A stretch of 32,000 bases of DNA, taken from the NCBI RefSeq assembly GCF_000015945.1, contig NC_009033.1, forward strand, positions 660,001 through 692,000. The letters run 5' to 3'. Position 1 is the first letter of the stretch. Each line of letters opens with the position of its first letter. The position numbers were made by a program, and so were the translations under genes. Below the pieces are notes generated by a model. The model did no database searches. It had not been told where the DNA came from and saw nothing but the letters and a program-made list of their open reading frames with translations. Of the stretch, positions 1 through 8,623 are shown piece by piece. Origin of the DNA: Staphylothermus marinus F1 (GTDB taxonomy: Archaea; Thermoproteota; Thermoprotei_A; Sulfolobales; Desulfurococcaceae).

Positions 1-512
1 AACCAGGAGATGCTATAAGACTGGGAGCCACAGGTCCTACACTACGTGGAAGCGGTGTTAAATTTGATTTAAGGAAGGTTCTAAAATATGATGCTTATGG
101 AGAAATAGATTTCGAGATTCCAAGTGGAGAATATGGAGACTCCTATGATCGTGCTCTAGTTAGACTCAGGGAAATGTATATTAGTATGGAGATTATCAGG
201 CAAGCCGTTGAAAAAATGCCTACAGAAGGACCATATAGGTATAGACTACCAGCTACAATACCAGCCGGCGAGGGTATAGGTAGGGTCGAGAGCGCTAGGG
301 GAGAATTCTTAGCACACATTCTTCAGAGACCTCCAGGAGCGCGTAGATATTCTAAACCTTTAAGCCCTTACCGGATAAAATTCCGTGGACCAACAATGGC
401 TCATTTAACAACTGTGTTGAAACACATTGTTCACAACGAGGAAATAACTATAGCTGACTTACCCGTGCTTATTGGAAGCTTTGATCCATGTCCCCCAGAT
501 ATTGATAGGTGA
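1..512 (+). CDS. C-terminal part (5'-truncated by window edge) of a NuoD/[NiFe]-hydrogenase-large-subunit-like catalytic subunit of a group-4 Mbh/Mbx(Mbs)-type membrane complex
   Basis: Frame 3 is open from nt 3 (PGDAIRLGATGPTLRGSGVKFDLRK...GDSYDRALVRLREM...VESARGEF...). Track ORF 174..512 is only its Met-initiated tail. It ends ...SFDPCPPDIDR, where hydrogenase large subunits carry DPCxxCxx[RH]. NuoI-, Mrp- and NuoH-like genes follow with overlapping stops and starts. Confidence 0.85.
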   Translation, partial: PGDAIRLGATGPTLRGSGVKFDLRKVLKYDAYGEIDFEIPSGEYGDSYDRALVRLREMYISMEIIRQAVEKMPTEGPYRYRLPATIPAGEGIGRVESARGEFLAHILQRPPGARRYSKPLSPYRIKFRGPTMAHLTTVLKHIVHNEEITIADLPVLIGSFDPCPPDIDR

Positions 513-979
513 TGGAAATGGTGTTAAAAGCTGTGCTCTTAGGTTTTAAGTATTTGTTTAAAAAACCATATACACGTATGTATCCCTATAAGGAAGAAGC
601 TTATGTCACGTCTAAGACTAGAGCTAGGCATATACTCTATATGGATAGATGTATAGGTTGTCGTGCATGCCAACTAGCATGTCCAGCTGATGCTATTAAA
701 ATGTATCATGTTGAAGGAGATTATCCTAAGAATAGGAAGAAGATCTTTCCAGGAATAGATTATAGTAGATGCACATATTGCGGCTTATGTGTTGAAGCAT
801 GCCCTGTGAACGCATTAGCGATGACTAATTATACTATGGAGCATTTGATAACAGAGGATAAAGCAACAACATTGTATACACCGGAAATGCTGGCTAAGCC
901 GCCTGAAGGAAAATATGTTATCACGCTGAGCAAAGATACTTGGAAGCCTCCCTTAACTCCTCCACCCAAGAAAAAATAA
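509..979 (+). CDS. NuoI/MbhN/MbxN-like 2x[4Fe-4S] ferredoxin subunit
   Basis: Two CxxCxxCxxxCP motifs (CIGCRACQLACP, CTYCGLCVEACP). The start (GTG 509 or ATG 512) overlaps the stop of the preceding gene. Confidence 0.85.
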   Translation: MMEMVLKAVLLGFKYLFKKPYTRMYPYKEEAYVTSKTRARHILYMDRCIGCRACQLACPADAIKMYHVEGDYPKNRKKIFPGIDYSRCTYCGLCVEACPVNALAMTNYTMEHLITEDKATTLYTPEMLAKPPEGKYVITLSKDTWKPPLTPPPKKK

Positions 980-990
980 GAGGTGTTGAT

Positions 991-1284
991 ATGTCTCTAT
1001 TGCCTCCTCAAGAAATAACGTTGTATCTCTTATCTTTTGCTACTGGATTATTTATTTTGGCATCAATATTTTATTTTATACGGGTAGTTAAAGGGCCTTC
1101 TCTGCCTGATATAGTGTTGGCTGTTGATACTTTATCTTATGATCTAGCTGTTTTCATAGTATTGTTTAGCTTACTATGTAATTCACCGCTACTAGCAGTT
1201 GGAGCATTACCCTTAGTGTTATGGGCTTATCTCCTAGACATGTATGTTTCAAAGTATCTGGTCAAGAGGGAGCTGGGTGATTAG
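991..1284 (+). CDS. MrpF/MnhF-like (MbhB-like) small membrane subunit
   Basis: ATG at 991 is preceded by GAGGTG (the track start at 940 would overlap the previous gene). It has three hydrophobic helices and the motif VKGPSLPDIVLAVDTL, resembling the GPxxxDRxxAxD signature of MnhF. Confidence 0.65.
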   Translation: MSLLPPQEITLYLLSFATGLFILASIFYFIRVVKGPSLPDIVLAVDTLSYDLAVFIVLFSLLCNSPLLAVGALPLVLWAYLLDMYVSKYLVKRELGD

Positions 1285-1286
1285 GT

Positions 1287-1682
1287 GTGGATGTAGGCGT
1301 GGTGTTAGAAGCTATAGCTTACTATGTTGGTTTGGCTCTAATACTGGTTGGAGGAGTACTTGACCTTATAGCTTCAATAGGTATGAATAGGTTTAGGAAT
1401 TTCTATCTCAGACTACATGCCGCAACAATTGGAGCTATTGGTGGAGGATTTTACCCACTTATAGGTTTGGGATTAATAGCATTAACTTTTGACTGGTTGG
1501 GAAATGTGAAGTATTATATTTCAGGCATAGCTTTTACTACAGCATTTTTCCTAGTCTTAACTGCCCCTGTTGGGAGCCATGCACTTGCTCAAGGTGCTCA
1601 TAAGTCTAGGATAGTTATGCCTGAACCCATAATTGCTGATAAGCTTTTAGAAGATGAGGAGAGGGAGGTTGGTAAGCAATGA
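1287..1682 (+). CDS. MrpG/MnhG-like (MbhC-like) membrane subunit
   Basis: It is hydrophobic and carries an RLHAATIGAIGG motif, as in MnhG (R-x-H-A...G). It is tightly packed in the operon. Confidence 0.65.
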   Translation: MDVGVVLEAIAYYVGLALILVGGVLDLIASIGMNRFRNFYLRLHAATIGAIGGGFYPLIGLGLIALTFDWLGNVKYYISGIAFTTAFFLVLTAPVGSHALAQGAHKSRIVMPEPIIADKLLEDEEREVGKQ

Positions 1683-1978
1683 TACCTAGTGTTCCATTAT
1701 GCTATATTTTATTAGCATTATTCATGACTTATGCATTAATACTTACATACATGACTCTGAAAGCTAAGAATTTAGTAAAAGCAACTATTTATTCTGCTGG
1801 CCAAGCTGTTGCGTATACATTGGCTCTTACATTGTTAGCCGCTCCAGATCTCGTATTAGCCTATGTCGCTGTTGGTGTAGGTATGTATACTGCTTTATTC
1901 CTCTTCATTATTTCGCGTACAGAAGATACGGAGTATGAGTCTTTGAGTGAAGCATTGGAGAAGAGTGGTGGTAAGTGA
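1679..1978 (+). CDS. Small membrane subunit (MbhD-like / MrpA C-terminal-segment-like)
   Basis: 99 aa with three predicted TM helices (..AAPDLVLAYVAVGVG..). ATGA overlap with the upstream gene and GTGATG overlap with the downstream gene. Confidence 0.5.
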   Translation: MIPSVPLCYILLALFMTYALILTYMTLKAKNLVKATIYSAGQAVAYTLALTLLAAPDLVLAYVAVGVGMYTALFLFIISRTEDTEYESLSEALEKSGGK

Positions 1979-2814
1979 TGGCGGAGAGAAAAGTTTCCGG
2001 TAGAGATATTTTCTTATCTATTGTGGCTGTATCAATAGTTGTTATATTATCTTATATGCTCGTATCATTTCTTGTTATAAGTGTTCCTCCACAGGAAACT
2101 AATAGATGGCTTGCTAACTGGTTTTTGACAACTACGTATAATTGGGAGAATAAAGATTGGTGGAGTGGGAGTCCGGAGGTTGTTACTAGTATTTTATGGG
2201 ATTATCGTGGTTTAGACACTGTATATGAGACAAGTGTATTCTTCTTCGCCATAATAGGTGGTTTAATGCTTGTTAGGAGTGTGAAGATAGATAAGGGATC
2301 ATTAGGTATTAAGGGTATGAGTGTTATTTCTAAAACAATAACGAAAATAATACTTGTAGCTGTTCCAGTAGTTGCTGCTAGCGTTGCTTTACACGGACAT
2401 TTGACTCCTGGTGGAGGATTCCAGGGTGGGAGCATATTTGCTGTGTCTTCACTACTAGCTATAATAGCTCTTGGAACAGGTTTTCTCTATGGTAGAGGAT
2501 GGACTAAGATGAGATTACTAGGTTTTAGAACTCTGGGATTACTAATAATCTCAATTACTGTTACAGCACTATTTGTTGTTGGATTCTTTAGCGGTGTCAC
2601 AGCTTATATTGTGCAGAATCAGTGGAAGCCTTGGGCACCTATTGGTATGGGGTATCTCGCTGATTTAGGCGTTTTCGGTAACATACTCTATAGTGGTTCC
2701 CTTATATTCCTAAATCTGGCCGAGTTTTTGGCTGTGTCGGCTGGTCTTAGCCTTGCATTTATAATAATGGCTCTGCCGAGGAAGAAGCTTGTTGAAGGGG
2801 GTGATATAGAGTGA
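1975..2814 (+). CDS. MrpB/MnhB-like membrane subunit (MbhE/F-like fusion)
   Basis: Polytopic, with the motif HGHLTPGGGFQGG that matches the MnhB GHxxPGGGFxGG signature. Confidence 0.7.
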   Translation: MMAERKVSGRDIFLSIVAVSIVVILSYMLVSFLVISVPPQETNRWLANWFLTTTYNWENKDWWSGSPEVVTSILWDYRGLDTVYETSVFFFAIIGGLMLVRSVKIDKGSLGIKGMSVISKTITKIILVAVPVVAASVALHGHLTPGGGFQGGSIFAVSSLLAIIALGTGFLYGRGWTKMRLLGFRTLGLLIISITVTALFVVGFFSGVTAYIVQNQWKPWAPIGMGYLADLGVFGNILYSGSLIFLNLAEFLAVSAGLSLAFIIMALPRKKLVEGGDIE

Positions 2815-3236
2815 TTGATGCTTCAACACTTATATGGAGCTACATATACGCTGTTACTATAACAATAATTGTAATCACAGTATATGGAATGGCTACTCGC
2901 CCCAATATTGTTAAGAAACTAATACTTCTAAGCATACTTGGCGACACAGCTAATCTAATAGCAGTCATGATCGGTGTGCATGCAGGCATGATTAAACCAC
3001 CAGTATTTCCAGGAATATCATTCACAGATCACCCGGTTGTAGGTTATAATAAATTATTGAATTTCGCGGGAGAAGCTGTTGATCCGGTTCCACAAGTCTT
3101 GGTTGTTACAGCTATAGTTATTGGGTTAGCAGTTCTTGTATTCCTTGGCTACGTAGCATTGCTTCTCTACCAAAAATATGGAACTCTCGATGTGAGATTG
3201 TTGGAGAAGAAAATGAGGGGTGAGATGAGTGAATAA
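2811..3236 (+). CDS. MrpC/MnhC/NuoK-like (MbhG-like) membrane subunit
   Basis: Three TM helices and the DPVPQVLVVTAIVIGLAV motif typical of MnhC/NuoK-like subunits. The start overlaps the upstream stop. Confidence 0.7.
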   Translation: MIDASTLIWSYIYAVTITIIVITVYGMATRPNIVKKLILLSILGDTANLIAVMIGVHAGMIKPPVFPGISFTDHPVVGYNKLLNFAGEAVDPVPQVLVVTAIVIGLAVLVFLGYVALLLYQKYGTLDVRLLEKKMRGEMSE

Positions 3237-3732
3237 AGTGAAAGCGATTATAGGGTTAATTATTCCTTTGATAATTATTTATCTAGTCTATACTGGATCA
3301 TATAGTTTGTTCGAGTTATTATTGGGAATAATTGTTGCTATACTTGTAGCTTACCTATTTGGTGATGCTGTAGTAAGGAATGCTGAGAAGATATATAGTC
3401 CTATTAGATGGTTTTGGGGCTTAGTCTACGCAATACTGTACTTTACCATAATAGAAGCGAAAGCTCACTGGGAGGTTATCAAATTAATATTTAAACCATC
3501 AAATGTTAAGCCGGCAATTGTGAGAATACCGTATAGTGTAGAAACAGACTATGCAGTTACAACTATAGCTAATTCAATAACAAATACACCTGGAACAATT
3601 ACTGTCGACGTTGATGAGAACAATAAATACCTCTATGTTCACTGGATAAGAGCGGTTGATTTAACAGATGAGGGGGCACGGGAGCATATATCTCGTGTTT
3701 TCGAGAAATACGCTAAGAAAATATTTGATTAG
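3229..3732 (+). CDS. MrpE/MnhE-like (MbhA-like) subunit
   Basis: N-terminal TM helices followed by ...ANSITNTPGTITVDVDE...LYVHW, which resembles the MnhE (S/T)LTPGT motif. Confidence 0.65.
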   Translation: MNKVKAIIGLIIPLIIIYLVYTGSYSLFELLLGIIVAILVAYLFGDAVVRNAEKIYSPIRWFWGLVYAILYFTIIEAKAHWEVIKLIFKPSNVKPAIVRIPYSVETDYAVTTIANSITNTPGTITVDVDENNKYLYVHWIRAVDLTDEGAREHISRVFEKYAKKIFD

Positions 3733-3746
3733 AGAGGTGAGTGTGA

Positions 3747-4097
3747 ATGAATGAGCTAGATATATATATGGCAACTTTATTGGTGACGGGATTAGCTGTT
3801 CTGAATGGAACGGTTGTATATTTGATCTTCTATAGATTGTTAGGCAAAATTTTTTGGGAGAAGTTGAGGAGCCCGAGTAGGTTAAAAGAAGAAGTTGTGA
3901 TGTGTGGACAAGAATATTTGGAGGAGACTTTGTCTGCTCCCGTCTCACGCGTGTTCACCGATATTGTTAAAAGGTCTCTTCCAAAACTCTCTAGGATTAT
4001 TGAGGAGGGTGGTGGAACCAGTATTTTAAATAATTGGTTTGCATGGATGCTTGTATTGTTATTAATAATTATTGTTCTAGCATATGTTTATGGGTGA
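3747..4097 (+). CDS. Small membrane protein of the complex (unknown function, possibly MbhI-like)
   Basis: ATG is preceded by GAGAGGTGA. It has an N-terminal and a C-terminal TM helix flanking a charged segment. Operon position is the only functional clue. Confidence 0.4.
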   Translation: MNELDIYMATLLVTGLAVLNGTVVYLIFYRLLGKIFWEKLRSPSRLKEEVVMCGQEYLEETLSAPVSRVFTDIVKRSLPKLSRIIEEGGGTSILNNWFAWMLVLLLIIIVLAYVYG

Positions 4098-4103
4098 TCA
4101 TAG

Positions 4104-5096
4104 ATGATGTGGGTAGATCTAGGTAACTATATTTTACAATCTCTATTGTATCCCGGTTTATTATTCATAATAATAATGATAATATTCACACAGTGGATCT
4201 ATAGAAAGGTTACTGGTAGAGTACAGTATAGGAGGGGACCAACATATGTTGGACCATTTGGTTTATTACAACCATTTGCTGATTTCATGAAGTTGTTGCT
4301 TAAGGAAGATGTTGTATCGAGGTATTCGGCGAAGATAGCTCCCGTTATTGTTGCTGCTCTAGGTGTTGGTGCAATAACTGCACTAACATTGATGACACCG
4401 TTAGCATATGATCCTGTTCACGCACCATTTGATATCATAGTATTCTTCTACTTGGCTTTATGGACTAGTTTATCAATAATGTTTCTAGGATTAGCGACGC
4501 CTAACCCATATACGAGTCTTGGTGTTGGCAGGTATATGGCTTTGCTGGTTAGTGCTGAGCCTGCTTATGTTAGTAGTTTCTTGGTACCAGTAATTATTGC
4601 TTCAAAAATAGATCCGAGCATAGAATATAGTTTGTATGGATCATCACTAATATCTTATCAGTTATGGACCAGTAATGTATTCTCCTTTATAGCGATGCTA
4701 ATTGCGGCGATCGCAGGTTTTCTCGCAATGATGGGGATATTGGAGATTAAACCTTTCGATTTTCCAGAAGCTGAGGGCGAAATATATTGGGGTGTATTCA
4801 CAGAGTATGGTGGGCCTAGGCTTGCATTAGCATTCTTTATATTATTTGCTGAGAGAATAGTTATTCCAATAATATATGTTTTGCTATTCCTAGGTGGTTC
4901 ATGGCCTATTGATATCTCAACAAATTATTTAGGAGGCTTATTAGTGATCTTTGCTAAGTTCATAGTGGTATTCATATTATTATCTGTAATAGACAATGTT
5001 ATGCCAAGGTTTACACCTGCTCAAGGAGTTAGGTTTCTATGGAAATACCCATTAATACTTGCTATTGCTGCACTAATTATAGCGTTGTTAATATAG
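4104..5096 (+). CDS. NuoH/MbhM/MbxM-like (HycD/CooK family) membrane subunit
   Basis: About 8 TM helices. It has the N-terminal motif RKVTGRVQYRRGPTYVGPFGLLQPFADFMKL, typical of NuoH/ND1-family subunits (RxGPNxxGxxGLLQxxAD). Confidence 0.85.
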   Translation: MMWVDLGNYILQSLLYPGLLFIIIMIIFTQWIYRKVTGRVQYRRGPTYVGPFGLLQPFADFMKLLLKEDVVSRYSAKIAPVIVAALGVGAITALTLMTPLAYDPVHAPFDIIVFFYLALWTSLSIMFLGLATPNPYTSLGVGRYMALLVSAEPAYVSSFLVPVIIASKIDPSIEYSLYGSSLISYQLWTSNVFSFIAMLIAAIAGFLAMMGILEIKPFDFPEAEGEIYWGVFTEYGGPRLALAFFILFAERIVIPIIYVLLFLGGSWPIDISTNYLGGLLVIFAKFIVVFILLSVIDNVMPRFTPAQGVRFLWKYPLILAIAALIIALLI

Positions 5097-5153
5097 GTAG
5101 TATAGTTCTTTTTAATTCATTCTATAGAATAAAATATTGTATTCGTTTCATGT

Positions 5154-6470
5154 TTAGAACCATACTATCCAAAAAATAATGTATAGTAGCCATCCTATTA
5201 GTAGGTTGGATATGTTGAATGGTAGGCTTTTCTTTATGAAGTCTGTGAATGTGATTTTGTAGCCCTTGTTTTCTAGTAGTCTAACTGCTACTAGGTTTGC
5301 TGATGCCCCAATATATGTTATTCCGCCCCCCAGTGTTGCTCCTAGTAGGAGTGCCCACGCGATTCTTAGTGGTTCTACACCTAGGTTTTCAGCAATATTA
5401 TCTATTACTGGAATCATTGTGGTTACGTATGGTGTATTATCTATTACTGCTGAAAATACTACCGATAACCATATGAGTATACCTGTTATTATGAATATGT
5501 TTTCTCCACTGATTTCAAGCAATGCCTCTGCAAATTTATTTGCCAACCCATGTTTGGCAAATGCGCCGCTGAGAGCAAATACTCCTATTAGAAATACGAG
5601 GAGTTTCCAGTCAAATCCTTCTCTTATACTTTTCTTTGCTGATTCAGTGTCTTGGTGTAGAAGTATTCTTGTTGCTATTAATCCTCCTACACCGATTACT
5701 GCTATGAGCGTTAGTGGGAGTTTTATTATTTCTCTAATGCTGAGTAATGTTATTTTTATTGATAGGAATACTAGTGCTTCTACTAGGAAGAATTTGTCTT
5801 TTATAATATTGTTTGGTTTTTCCCAGTTGTTTTTGTTTGTTTGGTTTATATTGGTTCTTGGCTCTACTATCTCGTGTGTCGATAAAATAGTGTATATATA
5901 TGTTGATATTATCATTGGTATAAGTGTTATAAAGAACATGGATGGTTTACCATTGTGTATTATGAAGTCTGTGAACGATAAATCATAGTGGCCCGCTACT
6001 ATTATTGCTGGTGGATCCCCAATCATTGTTGCTGAACCAGCCATATTTGATGCTAGAGCTATACCTATGATCATGTATGTTGGGTTTATTCCAAGTTTTC
6101 TCGCTATATTGAATGCTATTGGTGCAAATAATAATACTACTGTAACGTTTTCTAATGCTATACTTATGAGCCCTGCTGTTAGAGTTAGTAGGAATAATAT
6201 GTTTTGGGGAGACATTGTTTTTCTAAGTATGTGTGTTGAGACTAATTCTATGATTCCTGATTCTTCTAGAAGTATTGAGAACATGCTCATTCCAATAATT
6301 AAGCCTAGAACATCCCAGTTCACATATGATACGAATTCTTTGATGCTTATCGTCCTTGTTACTAGAAGTGTTATTATCAATATTAATCCGATATATTCTC
6401 TGCCGGGTTTACCTATCGCTACCAATATAATCATTAATGTGAGCAGTAATAATACTAGTATGCTATACAC
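5154..6470 (-). CDS. ArsB/NhaD/CitMHS-superfamily ion (anion or Na+/H+) permease
   Basis: 438 aa, polytopic, with two hydrophobic halves separated by a polar loop. The motif GSATMIGDPPAIIVA resembles ArsB/NhaD-type permeases. Confidence 0.55.
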   Translation of the reverse strand: MYSILVLLLLTLMIILVAIGKPGREYIGLILIITLLVTRTISIKEFVSYVNWDVLGLIIGMSMFSILLEESGIIELVSTHILRKTMSPQNILFLLTLTAGLISIALENVTVVLLFAPIAFNIARKLGINPTYMIIGIALASNMAGSATMIGDPPAIIVAGHYDLSFTDFIIHNGKPSMFFITLIPMIISTYIYTILSTHEIVEPRTNINQTNKNNWEKPNNIIKDKFFLVEALVFLSIKITLLSIREIIKLPLTLIAVIGVGGLIATRILLHQDTESAKKSIREGFDWKLLVFLIGVFALSGAFAKHGLANKFAEALLEISGENIFIITGILIWLSVVFSAVIDNTPYVTTMIPVIDNIAENLGVEPLRIAWALLLGATLGGGITYIGASANLVAVRLLENKGYKITFTDFIKKSLPFNISNLLIGWLLYIIFWIVWF

Positions 6471-6480
6471 TTATATATGT

Positions 6481-7719
6481 TCACCTTGTCTTCGTTGTTT
6501 TTCTCATTAATTTCTCCATGACTAATACTATTTTAGGCTTAAATTTTAATGGATCATATTGTGGTCCATGCGAGTAAACATATTTTAGTATTGGCGGAGT
6601 TAAAAAGTTGGTTGCTACTATTATTAGTAGTGCTGCTAAATATACATCTGCTCCAATAACATGGTATGTATAGCCCATGTATGCTGCTATGATGCAGAAT
6701 TCTGCTCTTGGAAACAATCCTACTCCTATCCTGAACGAGGCCCATGCTGGGTAGCCTACTAGGAAAGATGTCAGACCACCCCCTAGTAATTTGCCTATGA
6801 AGGCTGCTATGATCATTGTTGTATAGAATGGTATGTATTGTGGTACGATTGCTGTTTTCAAGTCTATTTCTGCAGTAGTTGTTATGAAGAATAGTGGTGA
6901 AAATAGTACTGCTAGTAACCTAACTTTTTCAGCTGCTACTTTTGAGCCCCATGCCTCTGAGAATCCTAGTCCTGCAGCGTATGCTATTACTAGTGGTGAT
7001 AAGTTGATGTATTGTGATAACAGTGTTAATCCAAGTACCGTTGCTAAAATGGAGACTAGGATGGATTCATCTGTGTGTAGGTGGCTGGCTAGTCTAGATA
7101 TGTAGCTTCCATATCTGTGTAGGAGTACTACGATTATGAGCCATGCAGATATAGCTATTAATAATATCTCGGATACTGTTTCGAAATTAATAGTGCCTGT
7201 TTTTACTAGGGATGCACCCACAACAATTGTTATGAGCGCTGCTAAATCATCTAAGACAGCTATCCCCATAACAGTGTATCCTTCCAAGGTATGAAGCTTT
7301 TTTATCTCAACGAGAGACTTAACAGATACGCTAACACTAGTAGCTACGAGAACTGTTCCAACAAAATAAGCGGATTTAGGAGGATAACCAAACGAGATAC
7401 CTATAATGTATCCAAGACTGAAAGCAGCTAATACCTCGCCCAACGTAATAATACCATAAACAGGCAAACTACGCATAAACTCAGAATACCTAGTCTCAAG
7501 CCCAGCATAAAATAAAAGCAAAAACACGCCAAAAACAGAAAAAGCCTTGACAACATCATTAACAGGATACCAACCCAATAAACTAGCACCAAAAACAATA
7601 CCGACACTCAAATCACCCAAAACAGAAGGAACACCCAAACGAGAAAAACCCTCCTCTAACAAACGACCAATACTGAAAGCCAAAAACAAAGCCAAAACAA
7701 GATCAATAAAACCCTCCAC
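6481..7719 (-). CDS. CPA2-family monovalent cation:proton antiporter (Kef/NapA-like Na+/H+ or K+/H+ exchanger)
   Basis: Polytopic, with a typical N-terminus ...RLGVPSVLGDLSVGIVFG...LLLFYAGLE. The proposed start is GTG 7719, preceded by GGTGGTG with a 4-nt spacer (alternative ATG 7773). The track ORF that runs to 7932 crosses the tRNA gene and cannot be real there. Confidence 0.75.
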   Translation of the reverse strand: MEGFIDLVLALFLAFSIGRLLEEGFSRLGVPSVLGDLSVGIVFGASLLGWYPVNDVVKAFSVFGVFLLLFYAGLETRYSEFMRSLPVYGIITLGEVLAAFSLGYIIGISFGYPPKSAYFVGTVLVATSVSVSVKSLVEIKKLHTLEGYTVMGIAVLDDLAALITIVVGASLVKTGTINFETVSEILLIAISAWLIIVVLLHRYGSYISRLASHLHTDESILVSILATVLGLTLLSQYINLSPLVIAYAAGLGFSEAWGSKVAAEKVRLLAVLFSPLFFITTTAEIDLKTAIVPQYIPFYTTMIIAAFIGKLLGGGLTSFLVGYPAWASFRIGVGLFPRAEFCIIAAYMGYTYHVIGADVYLAALLIIVATNFLTPPILKYVYSHGPQYDPLKFKPKIVLVMEKLMRKTTKTR

Positions 7720-7817
7720 AAAACACCACCTAAAATAAAAATATAATATAGAAACAATAAAAACAACACCCATAAAACATAAAAACCCAAAAACAAAAAC
7801 AATAAAAACACAGAAAA

Positions 7818-7892
7818 GCCCCCGTAGTATAGCCCGGCCTAGTATGCGGGCCTGTCGAGCCCGTGACCCGGGTTCAAATCCCGGCGGGGGCG
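7818..7892 (+). tRNA. tRNA-Asp (anticodon GTC), no encoded CCA
   Basis: Manual cloverleaf. Acceptor GCCCCCG/CGGGGGC. D arm GTAT..GTAT with G-U pairs. Anticodon stem CGGGC/GCCCG with loop CTGTCGA. T arm CCGGG-TTCAAAT-CCCGG. Discriminator G. It is a GC-rich island in AT-rich DNA. Confidence 0.93.
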
Positions 7893-8338
7893 CTATCAAT
7901 TCTCTATTATTTTTGAAAGACTTATGTATCATTTTCTTGATACTATGATTATTTTATTGTTAATAATGAGTAGGTTTAGATTATTTAGTACCGTAAAAGA
8001 ATAGGTTGCCTAATGAATTCTAATGTAGCAACTATGAAGCATAAGATCGTGGTTATACAGCTTAATTCCAATCTAATTCTCTTCATATGAAAATATTTTC
8101 TGTCAATAGATGCATCACCTATGTTGAAGCCGAGTAGCTAAGCATATAGCTCGTCATACTCCTATCTTGACCCCTTTTGATGTAAGTATGCTAGTGGTGT
8201 TGCAAATAGTTTCCTTATCAATGTCTTAATTTCATCTATTTGTTGAGAAGGGGGAACTCTCTGAGAAAGTTTTATTTCGGCTTCGTTCATTTTCTAATTT
8301 TTATTTTTACGTATATTATTCAGGAGGTATTGGGGTTT

Positions 8339-8611
8339 ATGCCGGTTACGTTTGTTGAACATGTTAGGTTATTGTTTAAGGCTTCACCTGTTATTGGTAA
8401 GGACAGAGAGGTTAGTATGAGCAGGTTAGTCGAGATTTTGAGTTAGAATAGGCCTCAAATATATACATTGATTAAAACATTAGAGTCTCTAGGCTTAGTG
8501 GAGCGAGAGCGAATAAGAGCTATACCTCCCAGGACAATTATTAGGTTAACAAATAAGGGTAGAAGGCTCATTGAGCATTTGGGGAAGTTGATTTTGTTTG
8601 AGCTGAGTTAG
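8339..8611 (+). pseudogene. Small winged-helix (ArsR/MarR/PadR-like) DNA-binding protein interrupted by an in-frame TAG at 8444-8446
   Basis: ATG 8339 follows GGAGGT. The frame reads MPVTFVEHVRLLFKASPVIGKDREVSMSRLVEILS-TAG-NRPQIYTLIKTLESLGLVERERIRAIPPRTIIRLTNKGRRLIEHLGKLILFELS-TAG. The HTH-plus-wing pattern continues in the same frame after the stop. Confidence 0.6.
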
Positions 8612-8623
8612 TTTTTGTGTTAA

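Noticed and set aside
940-990. Upstream extension of the MrpF-like ORF (track start 940)
   Set aside because: It would overlap the NuoI-like gene by 40 nt. ATG 991 has a GAGGTG ribosome-binding site and gives the expected ~97-aa subunit.
5266-6510. Long plus-strand ORFs (240 aa at 5266-5988 and 147 aa at 6067-6510)
   Set aside because: They lie entirely antisense to the 438-aa permease gene. They have low-complexity S/I/N/T-rich translations and no motifs, so they are typical shadow ORFs of an AT-rich membrane-protein gene.
7720-7932. N-terminal 71 codons of the track ORF 6481-7932
   Set aside because: This stretch runs antisense through tRNA-Asp and a near G-free spacer. A GTG with a strong SD at 7719 gives a normal CPA2 N-terminus.
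8240-8338. Upstream extension of the wHTH ORF (alternative start at 8240)
   Set aside because: The AT-rich extension (RKFYFGFVHFLIFIFTYII) looks like promoter DNA. ATG 8339 with a GGAGGT site fits a ~90-aa wHTH protein.
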